DNA from: an uncultured virus (IMG/VR IMGVR_UViG_3300022921_000003)
Lineage: Duplodnaviria; Heunggongvirae; Uroviricota; Caudoviricetes
Length of the DNA stretch: 64,000 bases
IMG/VR virus record: IMGVR_UViG_3300022921_000003
Direction: 5' to 3' (one strand)
A program made the translations under genes and the position numbers. Under the pieces are notes generated by a model, which worked only from the letters and a program-made list of their open reading frames with translations, was not told the DNA's origin and made no database searches. This document shows positions 1 through 9,212 of this stretch, one piece after another. Each line of letters starts with the position of its first letter. Positions within the stretch are counted from its first letter, which is position 1.

Positions 1-1116
1 CATGTCGAGAGTGCCAGTCTTGGCAGTAGCAGCACGAGCATACTGGTCAGCAGACTTCTTCATCTCAAATTCTTTTACCATATAACCGACAGTCTTTTTA
101 GAAGCAGCCTTGAGTTCAGTTACTTCCTCAAGAGTCGAGGAGTAGAAGAGTTCGTTAGAAGAACCATCATAGTTCGCACCAAGTTCCTCAAGACAGGTCT
201 TGAAGGAAACAATGGTGTCTGCCGGAACAGGAGCAATACGACCATACATGCGGTCCTGAGCAGTCTCATCACGCAACTTGTCAATTGCATTGTTCGAGTC
301 TGTGTCAGTCTTGACAGGAACATCACCAGTACCGTCAGACTCGACACCACCCTCAGTGTTACCTACTTCAGTTTCACCATCACCAGTTTCGGAGTCATCA
401 TCACCGTTGTTGCCAACAGGAGCAGGGCTGTTACCGTTACCATCTTCTTTACCTTCACCTTTTGATTCTTCAGACTTACCTTCACCTTCTTCAGAAGAAG
501 AGGACATTCCCTCAGAGGACTCACCAGTGTCACCAGCAGAACCATCTTCACCCTCAGAGTTTTCTTCCTCAGTGGAACGCTCTTCCATCCACTTGTAGAT
601 TTCTTCTGCGAGAGTCAGAACGTCCTCAGTGGTTTCGAGTTCGTTGGTCTTCTTGACAAACACCTTCTCTTCATCAGAGAACGTCACACCCTTCTGCTTC
701 TTGAAGAACAGGTTGATGCGGTCAATGACAGTGAGTTTAGAAATGTCCTCACCCTCGACATCGAAGAAGTTCTTCGCACCGAGTTCTGCGTATCCACGAT
801 TGAAGATACCGACAGAGCCGGGATACTTCTTCTGGACCATCTTCTCAATGCGAGCATCCTCAAGAATGTTCACAACACCCTTGTTGAGATTGCGAGAGAT
901 AACCTCTTCCATCATCTCCAGAGGCGTCCAGAGTGCGTGAGCAATCTCATGGCACACCATCAGGTCATAGATGTTGTTAGTCATCTCCTCATCTTTCCAG
1001 ATAGGAAGACCAAGTTCACGACGCTTCACGTCAAAGTAAGCAGTAGGAGTCTGCTTGTGAACTACGAAGATATCCTCTTCTGCGAGGAGTTTTGCAAGTG
1101 TGTCTTTTTTCATCAT
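1..1116 (-). CDS. CobT-like / metallopeptidase-domain protein of marine T4-like phages (3'-truncated by the window edge)
   Basis: Not in the ORF track; translated by hand: MMKKDTLAKLLAEEDIFVVHKQTPTAYFDVKRRELGLPIW...HEIAHALWTP (HExxH)...NILEDARIEK, an acidic linker, then DQYARAATAKTGTLDM at the edge. These motifs match the peptidase usually next to cobS in cyanophage-like myoviruses. Confidence 0.8.
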   Translation of the reverse strand, partial: MMKKDTLAKLLAEEDIFVVHKQTPTAYFDVKRRELGLPIWKDEEMTNNIYDLMVCHEIAHALWTPLEMMEEVISRNLNKGVVNILEDARIEKMVQKKYPGSVGIFNRGYAELGAKNFFDVEGEDISKLTVIDRINLFFKKQKGVTFSDEEKVFVKKTNELETTEDVLTLAEEIYKWMEERSTEEENSEGEDGSAGDTGESSEGMSSSSEEGEGKSEESKGEGKEDGNGNSPAPVGNNGDDDSETGDGETEVGNTEGGVESDGTGDVPVKTDTDSNNAIDKLRDETAQDRMYGRIAPVPADTIVSFKTCLEELGANYDGSSNELFYSSTLEEVTELKAASKKTVGYMVKEFEMKKSADQYARAATAKTGTLDM

Positions 1117-1122
1117 GTTTAT

Positions 1123-1151
1123 ATTCTACTCGATTCCCTCAACATTGTCAA
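1123..1151 (-). promoter_or_regulatory. sigma70-type early promoter TTGACA-N17-TAGAAT, 6 nt upstream of an ATG
   Basis: Minus strand reads TTGACA atgttgagggaatcgag TAGAAT ataaac ATG. Confidence 0.75.
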
Positions 1152-1263
1152 GAAGTTTTTTAGCATTCCACTCTTCTGTCTCAAAGAAACGGATATCTGC
1201 ATCCGTGGTAAACGGGTCAGTGTTTTCGGCAATCGCCTTTTCAATAAGTTCTTCGAGCGTCAT
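1126..1263 (-). CDS. small acidic hypothetical protein (45 aa)
   Basis: MTLEELIEKAIAENTDPFTTDADIRFFETEEWNAKKLLDNVEGIE*, with an AAGGA SD and a promoter upstream. Confidence 0.6.
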   Translation of the reverse strand: MTLEELIEKAIAENTDPFTTDADIRFFETEEWNAKKLLDNVEGIE

Positions 1264-1293
1264 GTCTTTTTCCTTATTTCTCATCATATATAC

Positions 1294-1322
1294 ATAGTAC
1301 ACTATAGAACTAAATCTGTCAA
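1294..1322 (-). promoter_or_regulatory. sigma70-type early promoter TTGACA-N17-TACTAT
   Basis: Minus strand reads TTGACA gatttagttctatagtg TACTAT, just downstream of a terminator. Confidence 0.75.
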
Positions 1323-1325
1323 ACG

Positions 1326-1351
1326 AAAAAACGCCCTTTCAGGCGTTTTTT
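1326..1351. terminator. intrinsic terminator, possibly bidirectional, ending the gp55-47-46-MTase-def unit
   Basis: AAAAAACGCC-ctttca-GGCGTTTTTT hairpin with A and T runs on either side. Confidence 0.75.
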
Positions 1352-1390
1352 GTATTATTTATGAAATGTGTGACATTTTTGCAACTACTA

Positions 1391-1897
1391 TCACGATATC
1401 CGTGACGCACGTTTCCTAACCTTCTTTGACCTCTTCTGTGCCATATTGAGTTTCAATCTACTGACACGGCGAGTGAAATTGGTGCCTTCCATGTGGTCGT
1501 ATTCATGTTGGAAGATACGAGCCTCAAGTCCATGCATCGTACACTGCACATGCTCTCCTGTCTCATCCTCATAACTACACACGATACCCTCTGGTCGTTC
1601 TACGAGTAACCAGACACCAGGCCAAGTCAAACAACCCTCATCCATCTTGATTGTTTCCTTGGAATACTCTGTGATGAATGGATTGAAGCAGGCGATAATC
1701 TCCTTCTCCTTCACATCCGAATACATCACGAAGGCACGTTCAGAAATACCCACCTGATTCGCAGAGAGTCCAACTCCGTTGTTCTTCTCCATGCAGTCAA
1801 TCAAATCATCCTTTAGTTTCTGTCTATCCAAGTCTTCACTGCAAACCTGTAGTCTTTGTCTCAATGAAGGGTCATTATTTGGTAGTAGTTCCATCAT
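1391..1897 (-). CDS. def: peptide deformylase
   Basis: All three PDF motifs are present: GVGLSANQVG, EGCLT and QHEYDH. Confidence 0.93.
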   Translation of the reverse strand: MMELLPNNDPSLRQRLQVCSEDLDRQKLKDDLIDCMEKNNGVGLSANQVGISERAFVMYSDVKEKEIIACFNPFITEYSKETIKMDEGCLTWPGVWLLVERPEGIVCSYEDETGEHVQCTMHGLEARIFQHEYDHMEGTNFTRRVSRLKLNMAQKRSKKVRKRASRIS

Positions 1898-2415
1898 GTT
1901 CTCCCATGAAAAATAGTAGCGTAATTCATATTTGTTTCAAATCTATACCAAGCACAGTTGTCTTTGCCTGTCATATTACCAAACCATTTGATTCGTCCAA
2001 CACTCACAATCTTCGAACAATACTTTATATATTCAGACGATTGTTTGGTGTGCATCCAATCTGCGTCAAACAATAACCATGTAGTCTTCAGTGACACAAA
2101 ATGCTCAATCATTGGGTGCAGTAGTTTTCTGTCCCAAGGTGGATTTGTAATAATGAAGTCTGACTCGTATAGTTCTTTGTTACCAATATCACTGTAATCG
2201 TTTCTTGCGATACCATGTAACTGTGGTTCGATATCACTGGCCCACATGCAAGTACCACCAAAGTGTTCTAGATGTCTGCATAATTGTCCATCACCAGCAC
2301 AAGGTTCTGCAAACGTGAACCCCTTTGGTAAATGGTCGATTAGAGGTTCTACCGCCGCAAATGGTGTGGGGTAGAAGTCTCTAGGTTTTCTCTCAAAATC
2401 TGAACGTTTACCCAT
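1894..2415 (-). CDS. small amino (likely N6-adenine) DNA methyltransferase
   Basis: DFYPTP, EPCAGDG (SAM-binding) and ITNPPW (catalytic motif IV). Start moved to MGKRSDF, which overlaps the gp46 stop. Confidence 0.75.
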   Translation of the reverse strand: MGKRSDFERKPRDFYPTPFAAVEPLIDHLPKGFTFAEPCAGDGQLCRHLEHFGGTCMWASDIEPQLHGIARNDYSDIGNKELYESDFIITNPPWDRKLLHPMIEHFVSLKTTWLLFDADWMHTKQSSEYIKYCSKIVSVGRIKWFGNMTGKDNCAWYRFETNMNYATIFHGRT

Positions 2416-4120
2416 TTGAAATATGACTAAAGTTTTTAATCTTCTCAAATTTAATGGTGCTTCGGAACTTGTCTGCGAGTGCATCCTGTTTGTGACTAAT
2501 CACAAATACGTTCTCATCACCAAGTGTGTTTAGAATCTTTAGGAACTCATCTGTCCCTGTACCGTCCAAAGAACTATCGAAGATTTCATCAAGTATCAAC
2601 AGGTTCGTGTTCGTACTGTTCTTCATCTTTGCAACGGCTCTCCAAGTAAAGAGTAGTGCAAGGTCAATACGCATCTTCTCACCTTCGGAGAATGATGCAT
2701 ATGTAAACTCATCCCGATATCGTGACTTTATGGTTTCGTTGAAGTTCTCGTCCAGTGTGAAGTTCACATAGAATTCCATCGACGTTAGATAGGTGTTGAT
2801 GAGTTTGTTCATTACTGGAAGATACTGTTTGATAATCTTTGTCTTGATACCACTATCCTGTAGCATGTTACGAACTGCATCAGAATACGTCTGGTCTTCA
2901 CGCAACTTACTTCTCTGTTCGTCAAGTCCCTTCATCTTTTTGTTTAGACGTTTCAACTTGTCATAGTCAGACTTACTCAGTTCTTCATCTGCAAGTTGTG
3001 CGACCTCTGTAGATAGTGTGGCATTGAACTTCTCTAGTTGCACGATAGATTGATTGTTCTTTGCAACCTGTACTTCGTTCTCTCGTATCTTCTCAACAAT
3101 ATCATTGATAACACTCTGTCGGTTCTTTGCATCTGAAATCTTGTCCTCAAGTTCTTCCAATGCAGAAGAGAACTTGTCCACCTCAAACATCTTGTCTTCA
3201 ATCATACCAGACTTGAACGCCTCGTCAATGTGTTGTTGACAGGTAGGACAGTCTTCGTTGTTCTCAAAGAACGATACCACACTAGAGTGTGACTTGTGTT
3301 TCTCACGAAGAGTGGACTTCAGATTGTTTAACTTACTCATCGTTGAGACAATCTTATCCTTGTCTGCAATCTCAGTGAGCCAGTTGTCCTTCTGTTGATT
3401 TAGTTTCTCATTCTCAGAGTTACGACTGAATACTTCTTCCTCATTACTTGAAATCAGAAGTGTCTTCTCTTCAATCAACTTGTCCTTATTCTGTTTCACC
3501 TCAGAGATATACTTCTCCTGTAGAGAAATCTTCTCTCTGTTTAGTTCGATGTTGTAGTCCATCTCTCGTATGTCTTCAGAAATAGTCTTCATTCTCTGTT
3601 TGACCAACAGGTTCATCAGCGAGAAGATTTGGATGTCAAGGATTTCCTCAACAACCTCACGGCGGTGTTTTGCCTTCAACTGCATAAAGGGAATGAATGT
3701 TGAAGAGCCGAGAATAACAACTTGTGTGAAACTCTGGTAGTTCAACTTTAAGATTTGTTGTTCTAGATATTTCTGGTAATCACGGGCATTCGCATCCTGA
3801 TTGTACATCTTACCATTGATGTAAATCTCAAACTTGTTTGGTTTGATACCACGAACAACCTTGATTTCTTTCTTACCGATATTGAACTCTACCTCTACTT
3901 CGCAATTACCGTTATTAATTGAGTTAAGTAGTTGGGGTTTATTGATATTACGAAAAGGCTTACCAAACAAACCGAAACATAGAGCATCAAGAATAGTAGA
4001 CTTACCCGCACCGTTCTCTCCAATAATGAGTGTGGTAGAACTTCTGTCTAACTGTATCTCTGTAAAATTATTACCTGTGGATAGGAAGTTTCGCCAACGT
4101 ACATATTTAAAATGAATCAA
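2408..4120 (-). CDS. gp46: gp46 recombination endonuclease ATPase subunit (Rad50/SbcC-like)
   Basis: Walker A GENGAGKS, CPTC zinc hook, FSEGEK signature, LILDE Walker B. Confidence 0.96.
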   Translation of the reverse strand: MIHFKYVRWRNFLSTGNNFTEIQLDRSSTTLIIGENGAGKSTILDALCFGLFGKPFRNINKPQLLNSINNGNCEVEVEFNIGKKEIKVVRGIKPNKFEIYINGKMYNQDANARDYQKYLEQQILKLNYQSFTQVVILGSSTFIPFMQLKAKHRREVVEEILDIQIFSLMNLLVKQRMKTISEDIREMDYNIELNREKISLQEKYISEVKQNKDKLIEEKTLLISSNEEEVFSRNSENEKLNQQKDNWLTEIADKDKIVSTMSKLNNLKSTLREKHKSHSSVVSFFENNEDCPTCQQHIDEAFKSGMIEDKMFEVDKFSSALEELEDKISDAKNRQSVINDIVEKIRENEVQVAKNNQSIVQLEKFNATLSTEVAQLADEELSKSDYDKLKRLNKKMKGLDEQRSKLREDQTYSDAVRNMLQDSGIKTKIIKQYLPVMNKLINTYLTSMEFYVNFTLDENFNETIKSRYRDEFTYASFSEGEKMRIDLALLFTWRAVAKMKNSTNTNLLILDEIFDSSLDGTGTDEFLKILNTLGDENVFVISHKQDALADKFRSTIKFEKIKNFSHISNG

Positions 4121-5172
4121 AGTTCTAAGTCCTGTGCCTCAGTATATAGTGAACGCATGGTGTTCTTAAGTCTGTCCTTACTCAAAGTAACATCCAGTTC
4201 ATCTATATATTTCTCCAACAGAGTCATCGTGTCCTCTGTATTCTCAACAATGTCATCTGATACATTCTCTGCATCCAGTTCAGAGAAGTCCTCTACAATC
4301 TTCACCTCATGTGCGTCAGCCTGTAGGAGTTTGTCTACAAACTTATCGAACTGGTAAAGGTCTTTCTTGTTTACGACAATCACCTTTACATACATGTCCT
4401 TGAACTTGGACATGTCGTAGTCTGTGTAATCCGTTGTAGTGTCGTCATAGTAAACCTTCTCAAATAGATGATATGGGTTTACGATACGTTCTAACTCTCT
4501 CGTCTCTGTATCGAAGATATGAAAACCTCTAGGGTCTTCAAAATCGCTCCAGTAAATTTCGTATGGTGTGCCGAGATAATAGATTTGTCCATCGTCTGAC
4601 TTGTGATGAAAGTGACCACTCATCACGATATCAAATCTACGAAACAGTTCTCTATCGTATGCACCATCGGCAAAGTGACCTTTGTGCATCTCAAATCCGT
4701 TTACCTCAAGATGTCCCATTGCAATCTGTGCTGGGGACTTACTCAGTGCAGACATAGACTCTTCGTAGTTGTTTGCATTGATCCAAGGAATGAACTGAAT
4801 AGGAACACCATCGAACTCCACAACCTCTGGGCCTGTGTAGATGTTGCACCTGTCTCTACCGACAAGTTCTTCCATAGAGTTTACTTCGTTTGTATTCTTG
4901 TAGTAGGTATCATGATTGCCAATAATAATATGTAAGTCGATACCCAACTCTGCAAAGCGATTGATGAACCGATTACGGAAATCATTGGCAATCTTAAAAC
5001 TGATAAACTTACGTCTATCGACTACATCCCCAAGATGCACACACGTCTTGATACCTCTCTTTTCCAACTCTGGAAAAAAGACGTTATCGTAAAATTTGTA
5101 GAAGTAATCATTCACATTCTGGTTATCATTACGAGCACCAAAATGTGTGTCAGTCACAAGTGCGATTTTCAA
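4117..5172 (-). CDS. gp47: gp47 recombination nuclease subunit (Mre11/SbcD-like)
   Basis: DTHFG, GDVVD, GNHD and GHFH phosphoesterase motifs; adjacent to gp46. Confidence 0.96.
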   Translation of the reverse strand: MKIALVTDTHFGARNDNQNVNDYFYKFYDNVFFPELEKRGIKTCVHLGDVVDRRKFISFKIANDFRNRFINRFAELGIDLHIIIGNHDTYYKNTNEVNSMEELVGRDRCNIYTGPEVVEFDGVPIQFIPWINANNYEESMSALSKSPAQIAMGHLEVNGFEMHKGHFADGAYDRELFRRFDIVMSGHFHHKSDDGQIYYLGTPYEIYWSDFEDPRGFHIFDTETRELERIVNPYHLFEKVYYDDTTTDYTDYDMSKFKDMYVKVIVVNKKDLYQFDKFVDKLLQADAHEVKIVEDFSELDAENVSDDIVENTEDTMTLLEKYIDELDVTLSKDRLKNTMRSLYTEAQDLEL

Positions 5173-5754
5173 TTAATCGTATCCTCTAACTGCATCTGTT
5201 TCATCCTCATCCATGAAACGCTCTAGACCATTCTTTGTTGTTGACTTCTTCTTTTCTTCTGTCTTTTTATTCTTTGGTTTGTAGACATCTTCATTAGGAA
5301 GATTTTCTATCGCAAAAGAATATGGAATACTGTAAGACCTGTCATCATAACTCATCGTGGTCCATGACTGATGGTCTGTTTCCTCAACAATTTTGTTTTT
5401 GACGTGGGTTTGCTTTTTCTCTTTTTGAATTCTACGCAAAAAGGCGTAGTAGATAATTTGCGTGAAGTATGCGAAAGGGTTCTTTGACTTTTCTGGATTG
5501 AAGTTTGAAGCATATTGTAAGCAGTTTTCGATGCCATCTGAAATCATTTCTTCTTTGTAAGTATAATTGATAAAATTAGGACGATAGGAAAGGTGCGTTG
5601 CAATCTTTAGAAAACACTCACCGATATAATTCGTAACAGGTGGTCTGTCTTCTCCTGCCTCTTCTGCAAGAGCACACTTCTCTTTCCATTCAACCATTGC
5701 TTGGAGAAACACCTTATTATCTACATAATGTTCACCCTTTTGACGTTTAGCCAT
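5173..5754 (-). CDS. gp55: gp55 late-transcription sigma factor
   Basis: HYVDNK...IGECFLKIA..LSYRPNFINYTY.EEMISDGIENC...NPFAYFTQIIYYAFLRRI. Confidence 0.95.
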   Translation of the reverse strand: MAKRQKGEHYVDNKVFLQAMVEWKEKCALAEEAGEDRPPVTNYIGECFLKIATHLSYRPNFINYTYKEEMISDGIENCLQYASNFNPEKSKNPFAYFTQIIYYAFLRRIQKEKKQTHVKNKIVEETDHQSWTTMSYDDRSYSIPYSFAIENLPNEDVYKPKNKKTEEKKKSTTKNGLERFMDEDETDAVRGYD

Positions 5755-5781
5755 AATTACTCCTTAACTAAAACTTTCACT

Positions 5782-5810
5782 ACAATAACATATGAGTTAT
5801 TATTTGTCAA
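5782..5810 (-). promoter_or_regulatory. sigma70-type promoter for gp55 (TTGACA-N17-TATTGT, TGn extension)
   Basis: Minus strand reads TTGACA aataataactcatatgt TATTGT, upstream of the AAGGAG SD of gp55. Confidence 0.6.
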
Positions 5811-5824
5811 GTACCCTAAGTGAC

Positions 5825-5852
5825 TTGACAATGCTGAAAAAATCTGTATAAT
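5825..5852 (+). promoter_or_regulatory. divergent sigma70-type promoter TTGACA-N16-TATAAT, antisense to the upstream late genes
   Basis: Both hexamers are perfect consensus; it sits back-to-back with the gp55 promoter. Confidence 0.5.
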
Positions 5853-5868
5853 AGACTATGTTGAGTCT

Positions 5869-6264
5869 TCAGTGATATACCTTATCTTCACTATTATCTA
5901 GTTCTTCTAGAAGTTCATTATGATCTTCTTCTTCGATTTCTTCTAGTTCCTCATGAGTGGGCTCTTCATGTATCCATTCGTCATGAGCCTGCAAACACTT
6001 TTCATAATAGATTGATAATCCAACGGATGCATTTGCAGTGAGGATGATTTTTGATTTTTCAATCTCAAAATATTTTTGTTCTGTGAAGGGTTGAACCCAC
6101 CTTGTCAATGCAAGGGATTCAGACATTCCTTCTCTTCTCATACGAGGAATCACATTCATAAGCAAAGGATTACAGATTTCATAATGTTTGCCATGATCAG
6201 TTACTTCACAGATGATATTCTCACCACTAACTAACTTTACGATTTTATATTCTGTATCTAACAT
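5869..6264 (-). CDS. conserved hypothetical protein found between uvsW and gp55 (Sm-like N-terminus, acidic tail)
   Basis: KIVKLVSGENIICEV motif and a ...KVYH ending; typical position. Start moved to MLDTEY. Confidence 0.7.
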   Translation of the reverse strand: MLDTEYKIVKLVSGENIICEVTDHGKHYEICNPLLMNVIPRMRREGMSESLALTRWVQPFTEQKYFEIEKSKIILTANASVGLSIYYEKCLQAHDEWIHEEPTHEELEEIEEEDHNELLEELDNSEDKVYH

Positions 6265-6275
6265 TTGATTGTATC

Positions 6276-7196
6276 CTACCAAAGTTCTTTTCCCCAAGTT
6301 TCTGTTTGAACTTCTGTGATACTGGGGACTTTATGTTTACTTCCCTTCTTCCAAATCTTTAGTTGTTCTTCCCAAGTCATTGTATCTTCATAATCCCATT
6401 TTCTTGTATCTTCATTCAATCGAATGGGTGCTTCGTAATCAAGAACATACTTGCCTAGTTCTGCATCATAATGAGCTGGAATCTTAATTCCAACTTCTTC
6501 ACTATATGGAACAACTCTACTTAACCAAATCTGCCGCATCTCGTCATTCGTTCCACCACGAATTCTATAAGTCTGTTGGTCAGTTCTTGTTTTATGTTCA
6601 TCAGGCAAACCAAACCATGCAGCACATAGAGGAAAATAAAAGTCAACGCACTCCTGTACTCTTTGTCTGCTTTCGTCATTCTGATTCCAAAAGAACTTTG
6701 TCCAGCGTTCTCCGTGTGCAACATGAAAGGTTTCTTCAAAGTTTACCTTACGCAATCCACGAGCAAGTGGCGCATAACTACAATGTTGTTCTAGGTCCAC
6801 AGTTGTGATATAACCAGCCCTGTCGCCGTAACACATACTCACAACAGTTTCAATGTAATCCTCATGAGGAAATTCTAACATTTGGAATGTACGCCATTCC
6901 TCTGGGTCACGCTCAAATAAAAACTCATGAGTATCATATCCAAAGTCTTCTAGCAGTCTGTACATAACCTGTGCATGTCCAAGTTCATCCTGACAGGCAG
7001 AAGACACTGCAATCTTGTCTTCAAGTGTTGGTGAGTTTTTAATAGCAGGAAAATAAGTTGGTAGAGTAACAACCTCTAGGTCTGCGGCGATATGAATAGT
7101 ATTTACCAAAACATCACGATAACGTGGAGTCATCTCATCAGGGTCTTCAATCTTATATCCTGTTGCGAGTTTTTCTTGTAGTCCTTGTTCATTCAT
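6276..7196 (-). CDS. PaaA-like ferritin-fold di-iron oxygenase subunit (phenylacetyl-CoA epoxidase family)
   Basis: KIEDPDEMTPRYR, SPTLEDK..QDELGH and YAPLARGLRKVNFEETFH; candidate ligands E41, E71, H74, D125, E155 and H158 have PaaA-like spacing. Confidence 0.8.
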   Translation of the reverse strand: MNEQGLQEKLATGYKIEDPDEMTPRYRDVLVNTIHIAADLEVVTLPTYFPAIKNSPTLEDKIAVSSACQDELGHAQVMYRLLEDFGYDTHEFLFERDPEEWRTFQMLEFPHEDYIETVVSMCYGDRAGYITTVDLEQHCSYAPLARGLRKVNFEETFHVAHGERWTKFFWNQNDESRQRVQECVDFYFPLCAAWFGLPDEHKTRTDQQTYRIRGGTNDEMRQIWLSRVVPYSEEVGIKIPAHYDAELGKYVLDYEAPIRLNEDTRKWDYEDTMTWEEQLKIWKKGSKHKVPSITEVQTETWGKELW

Positions 7197-8668
7197 TTGA
7201 GTTTTACCTTGCTGATTTCATAATCGAACTGTTCACTGTTGTAAATATTTAGTCGTTCTGTAAAATGGTTCAATGTGAAGTTGGGTTGATTACGAAATGT
7301 CATATCGTCAGCAATATCAAAAATCAAAACGGAATCTTTATTGTCCCCCTTACGCAGTCCACGTCCAATTGATTGGAGCACTCTAATCTTACTTTTAGAT
7401 GGGCTGGCGAGCACGATGTTGTTAATGTTGCGAATATTAACACCAGTACTAAAAGTCCCATAACTCGCAATAGTGATAGAGTTTTTTTCATTTTCGACAG
7501 TTGCCCTAATATTCTCTCTTTCTTCAGTACTAGTATTACCATAGATAAAGAATATCTTTCTCATTCTATCGTCAAAGAAACCATTATCTCTGGCATCAAT
7601 TACTTTGTCGTATAACAGTTGTCCTTGATTTTCTACCAACTGAAATAGACAAAGTGTGTTGCCTGGAATGTGAAAAAGAAGATTACTGATAAACTCATTG
7701 CGTATTTCAGATGTGCCAAGATACTTTAGTTCATCTGCATATGTCATTCTCTCACGAATATTCGGATGTTTGAGAACCAGACATTTTATTTTCAAGTCTG
7801 CCAGTGACTTATTATCCATCAACTCCTTTGTTGTCGTAACTCGTTCTACAGGACCAAACAATCCCTCCAATACAAGTCGATGAGTCTCTGTCCCATCAAG
7901 TGTCCCTGTAAAACCAAAACGATGCTTACAACTATGTAGTTTACTCATAATCCCTGTGAGTGACTTTGCCTTGAATAAATGTGCTTCGTCACCAATCACA
8001 CAACCGAAATCATCAAAGTATTTCTTTGGCATCTTGTATAGAGATTGCCAAGTTGATATCACCACATCCTTTGTAACTTTTGTATCATGTCCCTGATAAA
8101 CTCTTTGACAGTATGTGCCGGGTGACCAACCATAGTCTTCGAAGTCACTGTACATCTGTTCTACCAGTGAGGTTGTAGGAACAAGAATGAGCGTCTTGAG
8201 TCCTGCCATGTGGTAGTAACGAACCAGTGAATAGATTATAAGTGACTTACCAGAAGCAGTAGGACTAAGAATAAGGGCACGATCATTTCCCACGGCATGA
8301 GAGAAAGCCTGAATCTGATAATCTCGCACCTTGATGGATTTTCCTTGCGACCTAGGCTTGAGACTTTTGATAAACCCTCTTGCCACAGAACCCACAACAT
8401 TCCGTTCATTTTTTACTCCTTCTTCTAACTCATATGATACATTATTATCATCACAATACTTCGTGATGTAGTCAAGTAGTCCAACGTATATCTCACCATT
8501 TGCGGGTGAGAATAATCTTATCTTACCATCCCAAATACGTTTGCGATACATGGGCATGAACTTTGCACCAGGCACCTCAAAGGTAAAGAATTCTGTGAGT
8601 TCACGCCTTGTGGACTCAGACATGTCTTCCAGTAGTAGATATACTTCATTCTTCTTAGATATACGCAT
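7193..8668 (-). CDS. uvsW: UvsW SF2 helicase
   Basis: SPTASGKS, DEAH, TGT and QSIGRGLR motifs. Start moved to MRISKKNEVY. Confidence 0.95.
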   Translation of the reverse strand: MRISKKNEVYLLLEDMSESTRRELTEFFTFEVPGAKFMPMYRKRIWDGKIRLFSPANGEIYVGLLDYITKYCDDNNVSYELEEGVKNERNVVGSVARGFIKSLKPRSQGKSIKVRDYQIQAFSHAVGNDRALILSPTASGKSLIIYSLVRYYHMAGLKTLILVPTTSLVEQMYSDFEDYGWSPGTYCQRVYQGHDTKVTKDVVISTWQSLYKMPKKYFDDFGCVIGDEAHLFKAKSLTGIMSKLHSCKHRFGFTGTLDGTETHRLVLEGLFGPVERVTTTKELMDNKSLADLKIKCLVLKHPNIRERMTYADELKYLGTSEIRNEFISNLLFHIPGNTLCLFQLVENQGQLLYDKVIDARDNGFFDDRMRKIFFIYGNTSTEERENIRATVENEKNSITIASYGTFSTGVNIRNINNIVLASPSKSKIRVLQSIGRGLRKGDNKDSVLIFDIADDMTFRNQPNFTLNHFTERLNIYNSEQFDYEISKVKLK

Positions 8669-9212
8669 TTTGTAGTGTTCGAGGTTCACCGTAGTGTCCT
8701 CTGACCAATATGTTCCATGCAATACTTATGCGTTCATTTGGAGTGGGTGGAACCCAATGCATAAGCCATGATGGAAAGAATAATGCAGTGTCTACAACAG
8801 AGTTAAACTGCAACATACCAGAGTTGTCCCAATCTGGCGTATTTCTAGGTTTGAAGATTGTCGCAGATGGTCTGGGGTCGAAGAACTGAATAGGAGCACC
8901 ACTCTGTAGATAATAGACACCAGACAGAACATTATTGGAGTGCGTGTGGGGTGGGTGCGAGTTTCCTTCTGAAAGAAGGTTTCCCCACATATTAGTAATC
9001 TCTACGTCCTCAAACTCGTATCCACTGTTTGTTAGAATGGTCTTTGATGTCTTCAGAATCTTTTCTGCAAGAGGACGAAAAAAAGAAGTGTTGTGTAACT
9101 CATCATCCTTACTGCCATTCTTGATATGAATTAACATATTCTTCTGGTCAAATCTATCAACATCCATTTTGACTTCATGAATAGATGTAGGAAAACACTT
9201 GTATGTTTTCAC
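8655..9212 (-). CDS. 2OG-Fe(II) oxygenase (TIGR02466-like)
   Basis: HPPHTHSNNVLSGVYY...FFPSWLMHWV...RISIAWN; probable GTG start overlapping the upstream stop. Confidence 0.8.
   Translation of the reverse strand: MKTYKCFPTSIHEVKMDVDRFDQKNMLIHIKNGSKDDELHNTSFFRPLAEKILKTSKTILTNSGYEFEDVEITNMWGNLLSEGNSHPPHTHSNNVLSGVYYLQSGAPIQFFDPRPSATIFKPRNTPDWDNSGMLQFNSVVDTALFFPSWLMHWVPPTPNERISIAWNILVRGHYGEPRTLQNAYI

Noticed and set aside
120..1419. Short ORF-track calls in the first 1.4 kb
   Set aside because: They are shadows of the real minus-strand peptidase (1..1116), which the track missed because it runs off the window, and of the 45-aa ORF.
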